DNA of 64,000 bases from Octopus vulgaris. Taxonomy: Eukaryota. The number at the start of each line of letters is the position of its first letter. Positions within the stretch are counted from its first letter, which is position 1. A model generated the notes under the pieces. That model saw nothing but the letters and a program-made list of their open reading frames with translations. It ran no database searches and was not told where the DNA came from. Location: NCBI GenBank assembly GCA_951406725.2, contig OX597817.1, positions 137,330,001 to 137,394,000 of the forward strand. The letters are read 5' to 3'. The translations under genes were made by a program, and so were the position numbers. Below are positions 39,848 to 53,865 of the stretch, in pieces.

Positions 39848-40105
39848 GTCAACTTAATGTGACAGCCCCATGGAAGGGAATAATATTACTGCTATTTAAC
39901 CCTAGGAATCAGCACCGCTTCCTGTCGGCCTTGACACATTTCCTGTGTTCTTATGTTTACAAAGGGGAAGATAAGCACTTCCACCCAGCTAAGCCAGCAT
40001 AAGGATACAGGAAATGTGTCAAGGCCGACAGGAAGCGGTGCTGCTTCCTAGGGCTAAATAGCAGTAGTATTATTCCCTTTCATGGGGCTGTCATATTAAG
40101 TTGAC
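39848..40105. repeat. Hairpin with 108-bp arms (39848-39955 / 39998-40105) and a 42-nt loop
   Basis: Manual alignment shows 7 differences and no indels. Confidence 0.93.
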
Positions 40106-40975
40106 GTCACATAAATCGGAATGTTATATCATAAAAAAGATCTTCAGTGATAGATTAAAATGCATTGAATAAAAAATAATCGAATGGAATTTAATTACGG
40201 CTTTTCTAGTTCTGGGTTCAAATCCTATTAAAATCGGGTTTGCTTTTTATCCTTCAGTGGTCGGTAAAGTAAAATATAAGTAAATACGGGGGTTGGCATA
40301 ACCGATTATATTTCATCGCATGAATTTTGTGGATTTGTGCCGATATTACAAATCATTGTTATTAACATGTCTGGGATGTGAGTCAATTCTTGATGGCGTA
40401 TGTTTTCTCTTTCATCGTATTGAGACAGATAGCGTAAGTACCAGTAAAATACTTGGGTCAAATAAATAACCATTGCCTTCTCGCGGAATATCATTTCTTG
40501 TGATGCTGATGTTAGAAATGATTATTTTGTGCTGTTTTGTTTAACCCTAGGTTAACTCAAACGAGAAAACTTAAGATTAAAGTCTTTGGTCACCATCATT
40601 GATCTTTTTTTTTTGGTAAGGGGAAAGACAGTATATCTAGGAATATATTACTGTACATATATTCCCCTTTTGGACAGCCGTGGGTTCTTTATCGGGAGCA
40701 TAACTGTTATTTCTAGTGATTTGACACTCCCTTGTGTGTTTGTTATATTTAAGTTCAAACTGGTTAGCTGGCTTTTGATTAGCCAGTCCCACGATAAAGT
40801 TTCGATTCCAAGTGGCATCAGTCAAATTCCTTCTTGTTCGCTGCTAGTACCAATGAGAAATGCATGAACTTCACTTATCCTACTACAGAAACAATTACAG
40901 CAACAACAACCATAATGGTGATGGAATAAAACGTTAAGTTAAGAATATTTGGGCGGAACTTGGGACTAAAATATC

Positions 40976-41543
40976 TTTTTTACTATAGGCACAAGGCCCG
41001 AAATGTTGGGGGATTACATCAACTCCACTGCTTCACTGGTATTTATTTTATAGACCCCGAAAGGATGAAAGGCAAAGTCGACCTCGGCAGAATTTGATCT
41101 CAGAACGTAGCAGCGGACGAAATACCTATTTCTTTACTACCCACAAGGTGCGAAACACAGAGGAGACAAACAAGGACAGACAGACGGATTAAGTCGATTA
41201 TATCGACCCCAGTGCGTAACTGGTATTTAATTTATCGACCCCGAAAGGATGAAAGGTAAAGTCGACCTCGGCGGAATTTAAACTCAGAACGTAACGGCAG
41301 ACGAAATACCTATTTCTTTATTACCCACAAGGGGATAAACACAGAGGGGACAAACAAGAACAGACATAGGTATTAAGTCGATTACATCGACCCCAGTCCG
41401 TAACTGGTACTTAATTTATCGACCCTGAAAGGATGAAAGGTAAAGTCGACCTCGGCGGAATTTGAACTCAGAACGTAACGGCAGACGAAATACCGCTTAG
41501 CATTTCGCCCGGCGTGCTAACGATTCTGCCAGCTCTCCGGCAT
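40976..41543 (-). mobile_element. Family-B SINE trimer inserted as one unit
   Basis: Three core copies with a 184-bp period, flanked by an 18-bp TSD ACTT(G/C)GGACTAAAATATC at 40958-40975 and 41544-41561. Confidence 0.9.
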
Positions 41544-42185
41544 ACTTCGGACTAAAATATCACATTTCTTATTCGTCATTTTCTTTTAGGAAGTTCCGTA
41601 AAACAAATACCTGTAATACAGAGGTGTCAATTCAAGTGACACATATTTCTTCAATATTTTTGTGATACTTTTTATCAATCTCTCTCACTATTTCCCTTCC
41701 ACGCCGCCATATTCTCCCACCGCCATTACGTAAAGTCTCATCGCATGCCTTCACTTGACAATTTCTCTTCAGTTATTTCATTTTTAATCCCGTTCTCTCC
41801 AAATTTCTCCCTTCGCTTTTATTTCTCTTCTTACTCTTCTTCCTTCAATCTTCTGCAAAAATGGTTCCATTTCAACTTCTTATTGTACCCCCACAACGCA
41901 CCATCACCCCGCTACTCAACGATTTCATTCCTTTCTATAATTCATCCTTGAAATATTTCTTCCATCTCTCACTCTTGGAGAATCAATCACCCCCACCCGT
42001 TTCCCAACTCCCTTTTCTACGAACATGTTCACATACAAACGCACACACATATACATGAATATACATATTATAAACATATGCATGAATGTGTGTGCATATC
42101 TGTGTGTGGGTGTGCATGTGCGAGTGCGTGTGAAGGTGTGTATGTGTGGAGAGAGAGGTTGTAATATGTATGTACACAGAGAGAA

Positions 42186-42233
42186 CGAGAGAAATGGAGA
42201 GAGAAAGAGACTCCTACATACACGTATAAACAT

Positions 42234-42278
<45 letters not shown>

Positions 42279-42457
42279 CATATGTATATGTATGTGTATG
42301 TATATATATATATATATATACATACATACATACATATGTGTGTGTGTATACATATACATGTATGCATATACGCTATATTTGCATGTATGCACACACACAC
42401 ACTCACATACGAGAGAAATGGAGAGAGAAAGAGACTCCTACATACACGTATAAACAT

Positions 42458-42496
<39 letters not shown>

Positions 42497-42546
42497 CATA
42501 TGTATATGTATGTGTATGTATATATATATATATATATATACATACA

Positions 42547-42577
<31 letters not shown>

Positions 42578-42640
42578 GTGTGTGTGTATACATATACATG
42601 TATGCATATACGCTATATTTGCATGTATGCACACACACTC
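42186..42640. repeat. Tandem duplication with ~223-bp unit
   Basis: cgagagaaatggagagagaaagagactcctacatacacg...gcatatacgctatatttgcatgtatgcacac occurs twice, differing in microsatellite lengths. Confidence 0.88.
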
Positions 42641-42664
42641 ACATACACATACACACAAATGACG

Positions 42665-42706
<42 letters not shown>

Positions 42707-42998
42707 ATCCATCCATCCATTCATCCATTCCCACACGAACAATGTGAAACCATCGTCCAAAATCTGCCACGAAATTGCCGACTTCCGGAAGTTTCTATCA
42801 TTGACATGCATTCTTCCAGCCAATTCCGCCATTAAACCTTCTACATCACTATTCATTTCATCACGTTCCGTTAGCATTCTTTACAAAACTGTACATTTCC
42901 ATCGCAGAAACAACAAAACGGACAATCACATCGACCATTCATTAGTTCCTCACATCTTCAAAACAAAATCCGTCCAACCATTCAGGCTTCCTTCCTTC

Positions 42999-43219
<221 letters not shown>

Positions 43220-43421
43220 ACTATATCTTTACACCCACACACCCACACATACTCGTATGTATGTTTATATGCATAAATATTTCTATTCTTCCACTCCTTC
43301 TTTCTTTCTCTCTTTCTTTCTTTCTTTCTTTTTTTCTTTTCCTCTCTCTCTTTCTCTCTCTCCCTTTATCTCCCCATCTCTATATATCTACGTTCCACAT
43401 CGCTCGCACTCTCTTCGAATG

Positions 43422-43465
<44 letters not shown>

Positions 43466-43659
43466 TAGATAGATAGATACATATATATATGTGTGTGTGT
43501 ATATATATATATATACATGTATATATATATATATACATGTATATCATGTATATATACATACATACATATATATACATATATATATATATGTATATACATA
43601 TACATACATATATATGTATATACATATATGTATATACATATACATACATATATACATAC

Positions 43660-43706
<47 letters not shown>

Positions 43707-43788
43707 AATACACGCACAATATGTGTATACATACACACACACATATGTATGTAGATATTTGTGTGCATGCATAATACATACATACGCA

Positions 43789-43846
<58 letters not shown>

Positions 43847-44845
43847 TGACCATTAGACTAATCGATATATTTATTTAAAAACGTGTTGTTGGTTGTTGAT
43901 TCACAATTGTCCCATTCTTCGTGTAACGAATTCTATACGTCACACTCCAAATCTATGTAAATATACTTTCAGTTACAAATTGCTTTCGATGGTTTGTTTT
44001 CGTAAATGCGGACGAGATACGTTGCAGTGAATAACAACATACGTTATCTCTCCCGCAATATCTGTTTGTCTGTCTCTTTGTCTATCCATTGATCATGTTT
44101 TTCTGTCTGTGTACAATTCCCATCTTGTTTGTATAGGCACATATACACACATACATATCTGTATTTATATACCTATATACTTATATGTGCATGTATGTGT
44201 AGACACACACACACATACATACAAATAAATGCATGGGAATGAACCATTAATCATAGCCAATATTCTTATAATTATTCTCTATAGTACAAGACTTAATTAC
44301 GTGTCCCTCATTAGACGAGGCCTCTCTTCAGTCATTAAGGTGTAATATTTAAAATGGTAATATCTATTAAGTTATCAGTGTTATTACATTTTGTGACAGA
44401 TTTTGGGGGTCTCCCTAGGACCGCCACTGAGACATTATCTGGAGAGTGATTCAACAGTGATCACTGCTTGCTGTTAAAGGCAAACAGCGAAGAGTGGAGA
44501 GATGCCTTAATGGGGGACGATAAAACCCGTCCTCTTACTGAAGCTACATAGCTAAAATCCCTCAAACGCTAAAATCCAAAGTAATGGAGTATCATCCATG
44601 TTAGAGCATCCTTCGTTTAGTTCTCATCTTCCTCCTTTTGATTCCCACCTGTTTCTTCCACTCAAAGACGTCAGAAACCACCTGGTTATGAAGCAAACTA
44701 AACGACGAAGCTATGGATAGACTTGAAGCCCAAACTGCTTCGTGGATGTAGAGTGCGCGCACGCACACACACACATACACACATATACATACATATATAT
44801 GTATATATATATGTGTGTGTGTGCGTGTGTGTGTGTGTGTGTATG

Positions 44846-44918
<73 letters not shown>

Positions 44919-46174
44919 ATGTATGTATGCATATTTATAAGTGAACACACATAGCGAGCGAGAAAGGTAGACGGAGCGTGTTTTCGTTGTTTATCTCAAT
45001 TAATTTTTCATCCTTAATATCCGGCTGCAACGATCTCCTCCCCTTCCCCCTCCTCCTCACCTTCCCCTCCTCCCATCCACTTCCCTTTTCCTTCAATTAC
45101 ATTTACAATTACACTCCACTTCTGTACGCCAGTTTAAGTGAAGATAAACACTTCTGTTGATCTATCTAATTAAAATGGTGGAGGTAACAGGTTCCATCTG
45201 ATATTTGAATGTTGTTACTTCCGTTCAACTTTAAATATATTTATATTCCGTTATTCCATTTTCCTTCTAATTTATCTCTTATTCTTTCAATCTCTGTCGT
45301 TTAGAATTTTTCTTTTCTCTTATTTCTTCCACTTTCCTAAGTTCTCGAGTTAATTATCTAACACTACAACCTCTGGACGTGACGATACAGTTATCCTGAA
45401 GTCAGAAAAAGCAAACATTGCATCATTAAGTTGAAGCTATTCTGTCAAAAACAGAATAATTACGACTGGAGCACCTTACTTCTGCTCAATGCAAAATGAT
45501 TTGGAAAAGTAAAAAAGAAATGGACGGTGTAGAATAACAACTTCCGCAAAACAGGATACGTATAATGTAACGTAAAGACATATCGAGCACAACTATTGAA
45601 CCAACCAATGAATAAGAGGTAAGCAAATAAACGTCTCTAGAAAATAGAATATCACTTTGTCAAATGCAATGCGAATACGCAATCAACACTTTGATTTGAA
45701 AGAGTGACTGCTAGACTGAGCAATATACAATAATATAAAGAAAAACAAAATCTTTGGAAAACAACTTTACAAAAACGGTATTCGGAAAACGATATAAAAA
45801 TAACCATGAAGCTAACCAATGAACCATAAAATAAATGAATTGAAAGAAACAACAACGACACATAACGCCTTAATAAAAAACACAAACGTTAGAATCGAAA
45901 TCGCTCATGGAAAGCAACTTCCATAAAATGAATAATAAAAACTCCCTAGTCTATTTAAAAACCAGTCCAGCATAACGAAAGAAGACAGTTCTTGCCTGAC
46001 GATGACGGCCGCATGAAACTCGAATCGTGAGACATATTTGAATTATTCATCTCCTCTCCCCATACCCCTCCTCCTCTTCTTCTGTTTCTTCTTCCTTTTC
46101 CTCCCCCCTTCTTCTTCCTCCTCATCATCGTCATTCGATGACAATAATGTCATCGACTTATTTCAGTTGAAAGT

Positions 46175-46908
46175 GAAATATTGCTAAATTGGCAATGAAA
46201 TGTAGACGACTGGCCGGATGGATCCTCAGAACCTTTAGAACAAGAGAACAAGAAACCATGATGGTCCTCTGGAGGACACTTGTCCTAAGCCACTTTGACT
46301 ACTGCTCTCAGTTATGGTCACCATCCAGTGTCAAGTTGATCACAGAGCTCGAGGCGATCCAACGCAGCTACACGAAGAAGATAGCCTCTATGCAGAATGT
46401 AAGCTACTGGGAAAGACTCAAGAGATTAAAACTATATTCCTTGGAGCGTAGGCTGGAAAGATATGCCATAATATACATCTGGAAGATCCTGGAGGGACGT
46501 GTCCTAAACTTTGGCATCGAGAGTTACGCAAATGCCAGAACTGGGCGCCACTGCGTGGTGCCTAGGACTCCAAGTTTGCCATCAAGATGTAGGACAAGAT
46601 TCTGTGATAGCCTGGGCTTCCGTGGCCCACAGCTCTTCAATATCCTCCCGAAGAACCTGAGAGACCTGCATGGGGTGGATGCAGATGTCTTTAAAATGAA
46701 ACTGGATCTCTTCCTGTCAGGTGTCCCAGATGAACCAACTTCACGGCAGGAGGTGCAGATGAGGGCAGCTGCATCGAACTCTCTCATGCACCAAATGGCA
46801 GTTGCTAAAAAGCTTTCGTGATGTAAAACCAAGTAGCAACACCAAATGGCGGTACCCAGTATGGCCACAGCTCATAATCTGAAACTAGAATCAATCAATC
46901 AATCAATC
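46175..46908 (+). mobile_element. 5'-truncated CR1/L2-group LINE: C-terminal 210 aa of ORF2, 3'UTR and (AATC)n tail
   Basis: ORF 46189-46821 has typical post-RT motifs (LVLSHFDYCSQLWSP, LEAIQR, YWERLKRLKLYSLERR, GPQLFNILP, FKMKLDLFL). The tail is AATCAATCAATCAATCAATC. Confidence 0.9.
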
Positions 46909-47310
46909 ATAGACAACAGTATCAGCAGGAACGACAGCAGCAGCAGTGATATCAAGAAATACAGTTAAAAACCCCAACAGGAAAAATAACGTCGTTGTGC
47001 TTCTGATAAAGAAAATTACATCGAAGCACATAAAGAAACATTCTATGACAACAACATCACAAACCAAACAATGTCGTTTACAACAACAACAACAAGTAAA
47101 GCTGTATGGTGAGTCGAGCAGAGAGAGGCAGTCGTTGGTATTATCACTATTTATGGAAGAAGGGAATATTTTTAATGTTAGCAAAGTATCAAAATGTTGA
47201 AGAAGTCATTGGTTCAGAAAGATATTTCACAAATGTGGCGCCATATTTAATTTTCTCTTCTTTATCTGATTGTACACATGTAGATAGAGATGTATAAGAA
47301 TAAACACACA

Positions 47311-47355
<45 letters not shown>

Positions 47356-47520
47356 ACACACACACACACATATATATGTATGAATTATATGTGTGTGTTG
47401 CATATATATATATATATATACATATATTTATGTTTATGTGTATGTCAGTACTTATATCTATATATACATACATATACGTAAACACCCAAGCAGAAATATA
47501 TTTGTAAATGCATGTATACA

Positions 47521-47578
<58 letters not shown>

Positions 47579-48056
47579 GTATATATATGTATGTATGTAC
47601 GTATGTATATATAAACACAAACATATATATACTTATCCACACTTATACTCACACACACATACATACACATGCACATATGCATGTATGTATGTATGTATGT
47701 ATGTATGTATGTATGTATGTATGTATGTATGTATGTATGTATGTATGTATGTGTGTATGTAGGAATGTATGTATGTATCTATGAATGTATGTATGTGTGT
47801 ATTCTGGCAGCCATGCAAGCTTCCATGCGTAATAAAAATTTGAAGTAAAACCAGGTGGGAATAAAAAAAAACATTTCTTAGATTCTGTTCGACTGATTCC
47901 AGCTGAATATTTTGGCAACTTGACACACTGGCACACTGGCACACTGGCACCTTTAACACACTAATTTGTGCCACTGTACCTTGTTTATACCTACATAAAT
48001 ATTTTTATGCAAATATCTATTGTCTCTGTGTGTGGTGTATAAAGATATATATATTA

Positions 48057-48240
48057 TTCTCTTATTTGTTTCAGTCATTTGACTGCGACCACGCTTGAGC
48101 ACCGCCTTTAGTCGAGCAAATCGACTCCAGGATTTATTCTTTGTAAGCCTAGTACTTATTCTATCGGGGACGTAAACACACCAGTATCGGTTGTCAAGCG
48201 ATGTTGGGAGGACAATCACAGACATACAAACAAATACATA
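48057..48240 (-). mobile_element. 3' half of a family-C SINE, truncated at its internal microsatellite
   Basis: Same 3' sequence as 16325 and 54040, merging into (CATA)n. Confidence 0.78.
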
Positions 48241-48321
48241 CATATACATACATACATTCATACATACATACATACATACATACATACATACATACATACA
48301 TACACATATACATACATACAT

Positions 48322-48368
<47 letters not shown>

Positions 48369-48399
48369 CACACACATACATATATATATATGTATACTT

Positions 48400-48629
48400 A
48401 TTTCTTTACTACCCACAAGGGGCTACACACAGAGGAGACAAACAAGGACATACAAATGGATTAAGTCAATTATATCGACCCCAGTGCGTAACTGGTACTT
48501 AATTTATCGACCCCGAAAGGATGAAAGGCAAAGTCGACCTCGGCGGAATTTGAACTCAGAACGTAGCGGCAGACGAAATACCGCAAAGCATTTCGCCCGG
48601 CGTGCTAACGATTCTGCCAGCTCGCCGCC
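48400..48629 (-). mobile_element. Family-B SINE monomer (tail B)
   Basis: Near-identical to 9757-9987. Confidence 0.85.
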
Positions 48630-49517
48630 GTATACTGGGGACCCAACTGCGAGGAAGCTGGTAAACGCTTGGAGAAGTCCTTTACTAATTACCAATATAT
48701 ATATATATATATATGGTCATCATCCTCTTCATTGAACGTCCATGTCCACGTAGGCATAAGACGGTTTGACAAGATCTGATGGGTCCAAGGATAGTATCCT
48801 GTACAAATATGTGCTTCGGCATAATTCCTCTGATTTGATACCCTTCATAATAATACCGACCATTTTACAAAGTGTACAGGGTGCATTTCTCGGTGCACCA
48901 CAACTACCAAGGCGGCCATGGAGCTTGTAAGACTAAGATCTAAGATCTCCTTCGACTGAGTGAAAGTCGACGAGGAGAGAACATTATGTGAGAAGAAGAG
49001 GAGTTATTAGTAAAGTATGAGAAAAAGGGGCCAGAACAGGTTTAATGTAAAAGTATAGTCGGTAATACCTATAATTCTCCCGGTTCAATCTTCTATAGTT
49101 AATACCTTACACACACACATTAACTTCGTTTCTAAGTTGTTCTCCATTTATTCAACCCACCAAAGCATCAGCTGTTAGTTCTTTTGCATCTGTTCAATAT
49201 CCTGGTGTTTGTTCTTAACCTTCTACACACAAAAGAGTGTGTGCACCAGCGTTTAGGCGTGTGTAATTGTATATACACTAATATATATATATATTTGTCT
49301 AGTAGTAGTAGTCGTAGTTGTTGTTGTTGTTGTTGTTGTTGTAGTAGTAGTAGTAGTAGTTGTTGTTGTTGTTGCTGTTGTTTTTGTTGTACATATGTGC
49401 CAGCCAATGAGCTTGTGACTGGTAGCGGACTTGTTAAGTAAGTCTACAAAGTGTTTCACTGTGTAGCTCCTATTATAGTAATATGCTTCTTACTTTCTTT
49501 GTGCGTGTGTGTGTGTA

Positions 49518-49600
<83 letters not shown>

Positions 49601-49858
49601 ACGCCTGCGCTCTCTTACGCTTGAATTGTTCCTGCGTAAACAAACGTAACAGATGGTGCTCATTCGCTTTTTATAAATTTTTAATATATTTCAGCTGGAA
49701 GTATTATTCCGTCTATATATACACGTGTTCATTGTCGGTGGTATAGAGGTAAACTAGGAGACTGGGGTTCGATCCACTGCTTTGAAGAAATTAAAACAGT
49801 TGGTGGTGCTTCAGCAAACCAGCAGTGATGAGGCTGGCTGATCCCAGAATGGACTTAT

Positions 49859-50082
49859 AATAGGTTGGTGCGTAATTATTACGGCTTTTTTACAATAAAT
49901 TTTATTCAACAAAAATCTAAACAAAACGACAATTTAAACAAAGCGCCAAGCAGAAATTGAAGTAGATGGTGAATATACTCCGGAATAACCATTTAAAGAC
50001 GTTTTTGTTAAATGTTGTTATTGTTTTTGTTGAATAAAAATTTATTGGAAAAAAGCCGCAATAATTATGCACCAGCGAAATA
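49859..50082. mobile_element. Mariner-derived MITE
   Basis: Termini TAGGTTGGTGCGTAATTATTACGGCTTTTT / AAAAAGCCGCAATAATTATGCACCA resemble Hsmar1/MADE1-type TIRs. The imperfect inverted arms extend ~85 bp. Confidence 0.8.
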
Positions 50083-51344
50083 GAAACACTTCGTCCTTTA
50101 AAAGATTTAAACAAGAAAAGGTCAAGGATAAGACCTATTGTCTACCTCAATGTCTTTCCTTTTTGAGTGAATTTATAATGATTGGGTGTATAACTGGATT
50201 GGTCTCGCTAAGGTCGAACACTGTGTTTGTAGTTAAGGTAGTTTCAAACGTAGCACTCGAATGCACATCACGATAAATAGATTAATGTAATGGATTTTTA
50301 ACTAAGACACACAGGTACATATTTTGCGGGGGTGGATAAGGGATTATTCCGATCCTGATACTTCACTGGTGTATATTTTTCAACACATTTAAAGGAGGAG
50401 CAACAAAGTCAACCTCGGCAGGTATCGAACTCAATTTTCCCGATTCAAACTATTGAAAGCAATAAGTACTCAGGTTTTAGAAATAAGAATTTAAGTGACA
50501 ACAACGGAAAGTAGAACTGATTAAGGGTTTGAAATACTGAAGGCTGATCTCAAGACGCTGATCCTTGCGAAGGAGATGACCAAGGACCGATATACCTAGC
50601 ACCTTGCTGTACTTAAGAAGACTTGTCCACCACAGCAGAACTGATATTTTAAAACCAACGTGGTAATGCTCGTCTACGAGAGGCTCTGTCCTACCCAGCG
50701 TCCATCCTCTCTGACCCGCCAACGTTTGCCCCTCACATTTTATCACTTAATACCCATCAATTATCTATCACAGAAGAGCAGAATAAGCACATACAAACTT
50801 TCTCAATTAACTTTCTTCCTCCACCCCAAACCACTTTTATTTTCCATCATTTACCCAGCCTATTGTTTCCACCAACTTCCTCCTCTCTGCACCCCCCTAT
50901 GCTGTTCTTCATCATTAATACCTCGCTTACCTGCTAAAATCCTCAATGCCTTCTCATATCTACCGCAACTCCTGCCCCCCCCCACCAGGTCTCTCCTAGA
51001 TTTCCCTCCATCATATGCTTCAGTCACCCCTATTTTACTCACTCGCCCAGTTCAAACCTTTGCATCACCTCACCTATTCTCACACTTCCAATGTCCCCAC
51101 ACGTCTTCGCCACCTCTCTCCCACTATCGCTCTCCTCATTTTATTCTCTGAATCACTCTCCTTTCTCTTCCAACTGGGTAATCGTTGCATCATCAGCAAG
51201 GGACCCATCCTCGCCCCTCTATACTTTTGATATCTCAATTGGCACAAAGCATCCTCCTCCCAGTTGAGCGGTCTTTGCCTCTTTTGTCTTGCAAAGTACT
51301 TAGTGATCTTACTGGGACTTGTGTTGCGTAAACAGCTTCGGTCC

Positions 51345-51485
51345 TGGTGTCACATAAAAAGCACCCGGTACACTCTGTAAAGTGGTTGGCGTTAGGAAGG
51401 GCATCCGGCCGTAGAAACCATGCCAAAACATGCCGAACATGAAAATGATGATGATGACGACGATGGTGATGATGATGATGATGTT
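51345..51485 (+). mobile_element. Family-D SINE fragment
   Basis: gtcacataaaaagcacccggtacactctgtaaagtggttggcgttaggaagggcatccggccgtagaaacc followed by (GAT)n. Confidence 0.7.
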
Positions 51486-51867
51486 TAGAGTAGAAGTAGA
51501 CGTCGTAATTAAACAATGTAATTAACGGTTTAAGTTAGATTCACAGCGAAGCTTAAAGAACAAAATGTTAGTTACATTTAGTGTTTTAGTATTTCTCATG
51601 AGTCTCTTCTCTATTTCGACAGACTTGCTGAATTAGTGCTGTTGTTGTTGTTGTTGTAGTTGTTAAGTGGATCGACACTGATTATTTATTTTGTCTTCTT
51701 GTGTCATCCAAACATGCAACCGCCATTTCAGCTTCCATCCCCATCCGATAGAACTTCCGTCAAACAGAAAGACCTCGGAAGAAACACAGGATGTCATTGC
51801 CAACAGTGTGACACAACTAATTAAAAAGCGCAATGTTTGCAAACGTGGTCAGTCAGAGTAAATAGTT

Positions 51868-52706
51868 TCTAATTAAGGCACAATACCAGCAGTTCTGAGC
51901 AAAGAAGGGAACAGTCGATACCTTCAATCCCAATACTTCACTGGTCCTTTATTTTTATAAGAGCCCCAAAAGATAAAAGTCAAAGTTGACCTCGACAGGA
52001 TTTGAATTCAGAACCCAAAGAGACGGAACAAATATCACAACGTAATATTTTTCACGATTTAACGATTCAGCCAGCTCATCGCCGTAGATATCGTAGGTAC
52101 CCTTCCTATCACAGGTACATCGATCCCAGTACATCACTGGTACTTAATTTATCGACCCCGAAAAGATGAAATGCAAAGTTGGCATCGACGGAATTTGAAC
52201 TCAGAACATAAAGACCGACGAAATGCCACTAAGCATTACGCCCGGCATGCTATCGATTCTGTCAGCTCGCCGCCTTAGTTATAGTAGATAGTAATAATAA
52301 TTATAACCCTTTCTGCTATAGGTACAAGGCCTGAAATTTGGGGGAGGGGAATAGTCGATTAGATCGACCCCAGTACTTAACTGGTACTTAATTTATCGAC
52401 CCCTTAAAGGACGAAAGGTAAAGTCGACTTCGGTGGAATTTGAACTTAGAACGTAAAGACGAGCGAAATACCTATTTCTTTATTGCCCACAGGGGGCTAA
52501 ACATAGAGGGGACAAACAAGGACAGACAAAGGGCTTAAGTCGATTATATCGACCCCAGTGCGTAACTGCTACTTATTTAATCGACCCCGAAAGATGAAAG
52601 GCAAAGTTGACCTTGGCGGAATTTGAACTTAGAACGTAATGTCAAATGAAATATCACTAGGCATTTCGCCCGGTGAGCTAACGATTCTACCCCTCCCTCC
52701 GCCTTA
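51868..52706 (-). mobile_element. Cluster of family-B SINEs: two monomers (~51868-52085, ~52105-52276) and a dimer (~52308-52706)
   Basis: Repeated core aactggtacttaatttatcgaccccgaaa...gaatttgaactcagaac; dimer junction at 52472/52473. Confidence 0.85.
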
Positions 52707-53480
52707 GTTCTGATAAATAATAATAATACTAACTGAATTATGTGATTCACAATTTAGTATGAATTGATTAAGGTAAATAGGGAAACCACAACCTGGCTTC
52801 ATAAACAAACAGCGTTAGCAGCAGCAGCAATACGAGTTTAAAAGTTAAAGAAAGACAAGAGAAGTAGGTCAAAGAATATAAATAGTAACCAGAGAAAAGA
52901 GAAAGAAGTACAAGAAACATTAAAAATAATACAACCCCCATCACCACCACCACCACCGCAAAACATGATTTAAAAGAGTGAGATGTGACAGGCTTGTAAC
53001 ATAATCGAAGAAGTGAAGCGTTTTGAAGGAGTTTATAAATTGCCGGGACAGGATAAAGACGTCGGAGCGATGTCTGAAGTAAAAGGAGGAACATTTTGAG
53101 GGGAGGCAACAGTCCACTGGCTTGGCTTTTTTTTTTACATACTCTATAAGGGTGAAAGGCTAAGTCTACCGCGACCACATTCAAATATATGCAACTAAAT
53201 GTATACAACTAAATACTGCTTGTAATATAGTCTGTCAGTCCAAATTAGATCGAAATGCAAGTGTGATTTTTTTTCTAAAACATGAATGTATGAATGTAAA
53301 GGCCGAGATGGTTGTGGCGTTGCATTCATGATCATGAGATCGTGGGTTCGATTTCCGGACAAATACGAACAAACACACGCGCGCGCACATTGGCGTATAG
53401 TGCAGATCCTGATAGGGTAACAAAACGTATTTCCATGGCAGCACTCAGCCCAACCACCGGGCTCACCACATTCATATTTC

Positions 53481-53865
53481 TGGAAGCACTCCGTCGGTTA
53501 CGACGACGAGGGTTTCGGTTGATCCGAATCAACGGAACAGCCTGCTCGTGAAATTAACGTGTAAGTGGCTGAGCACTCCGCAGACACGTTGTACCCTTAA
53601 CGTAGTTCTCGGGGATATTCAGCGTGACACAGAGAGTGACAAGGCTGGCCCTTCGAAATACAGGTACAACAGAAACAGGAAGTAAGAGTGAGAGAAAGTT
53701 GTGGTGAAAGAGTACAGCAGGGATCACCACCATCCCCTGCCGGAGCCTCGTGGAGCTTTAGGTGTTTTCGCTCAATAAACACTCAGAACGCCCGGTCTGG
53801 GAATCGAAACCGCGATCCTATGACCGCGAGTCCGCTGCCCTAACCACTGGGCCATTGCGCCTCCA
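53481..53865 (-). mobile_element. Full-length SINE, family A
   Basis: Reverse complement of the 57621 element. TSD CACATTCATATT at 53467-53478 and 53866-53877. Confidence 0.92.

Noticed and set aside
40976-41543. Regularly spaced repeats resembling a CRISPR array
   Set aside because: Whole 184-bp units are repeated with no unique spacers; eukaryotic SINE context and no cas genes.
45995-46035. Hammerhead-like CTGACGA...GAAACTC...GAGAC
   Set aside because: T-T mismatch at the base of helix II, no U at position 16.1 and no helix I pairing.
49727-49782. tRNA-like stretch with A-box-like and GGTTCGATCC motifs
   Set aside because: No anticodon arm or acceptor stem; at most a decayed tRNA or SINE head.
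50660-51151. 163-aa Pro/Leu/Ser-rich ORF
   Set aside because: CT-rich decayed repeat-like sequence adjacent to a SINE fragment; composition explains the open frame.
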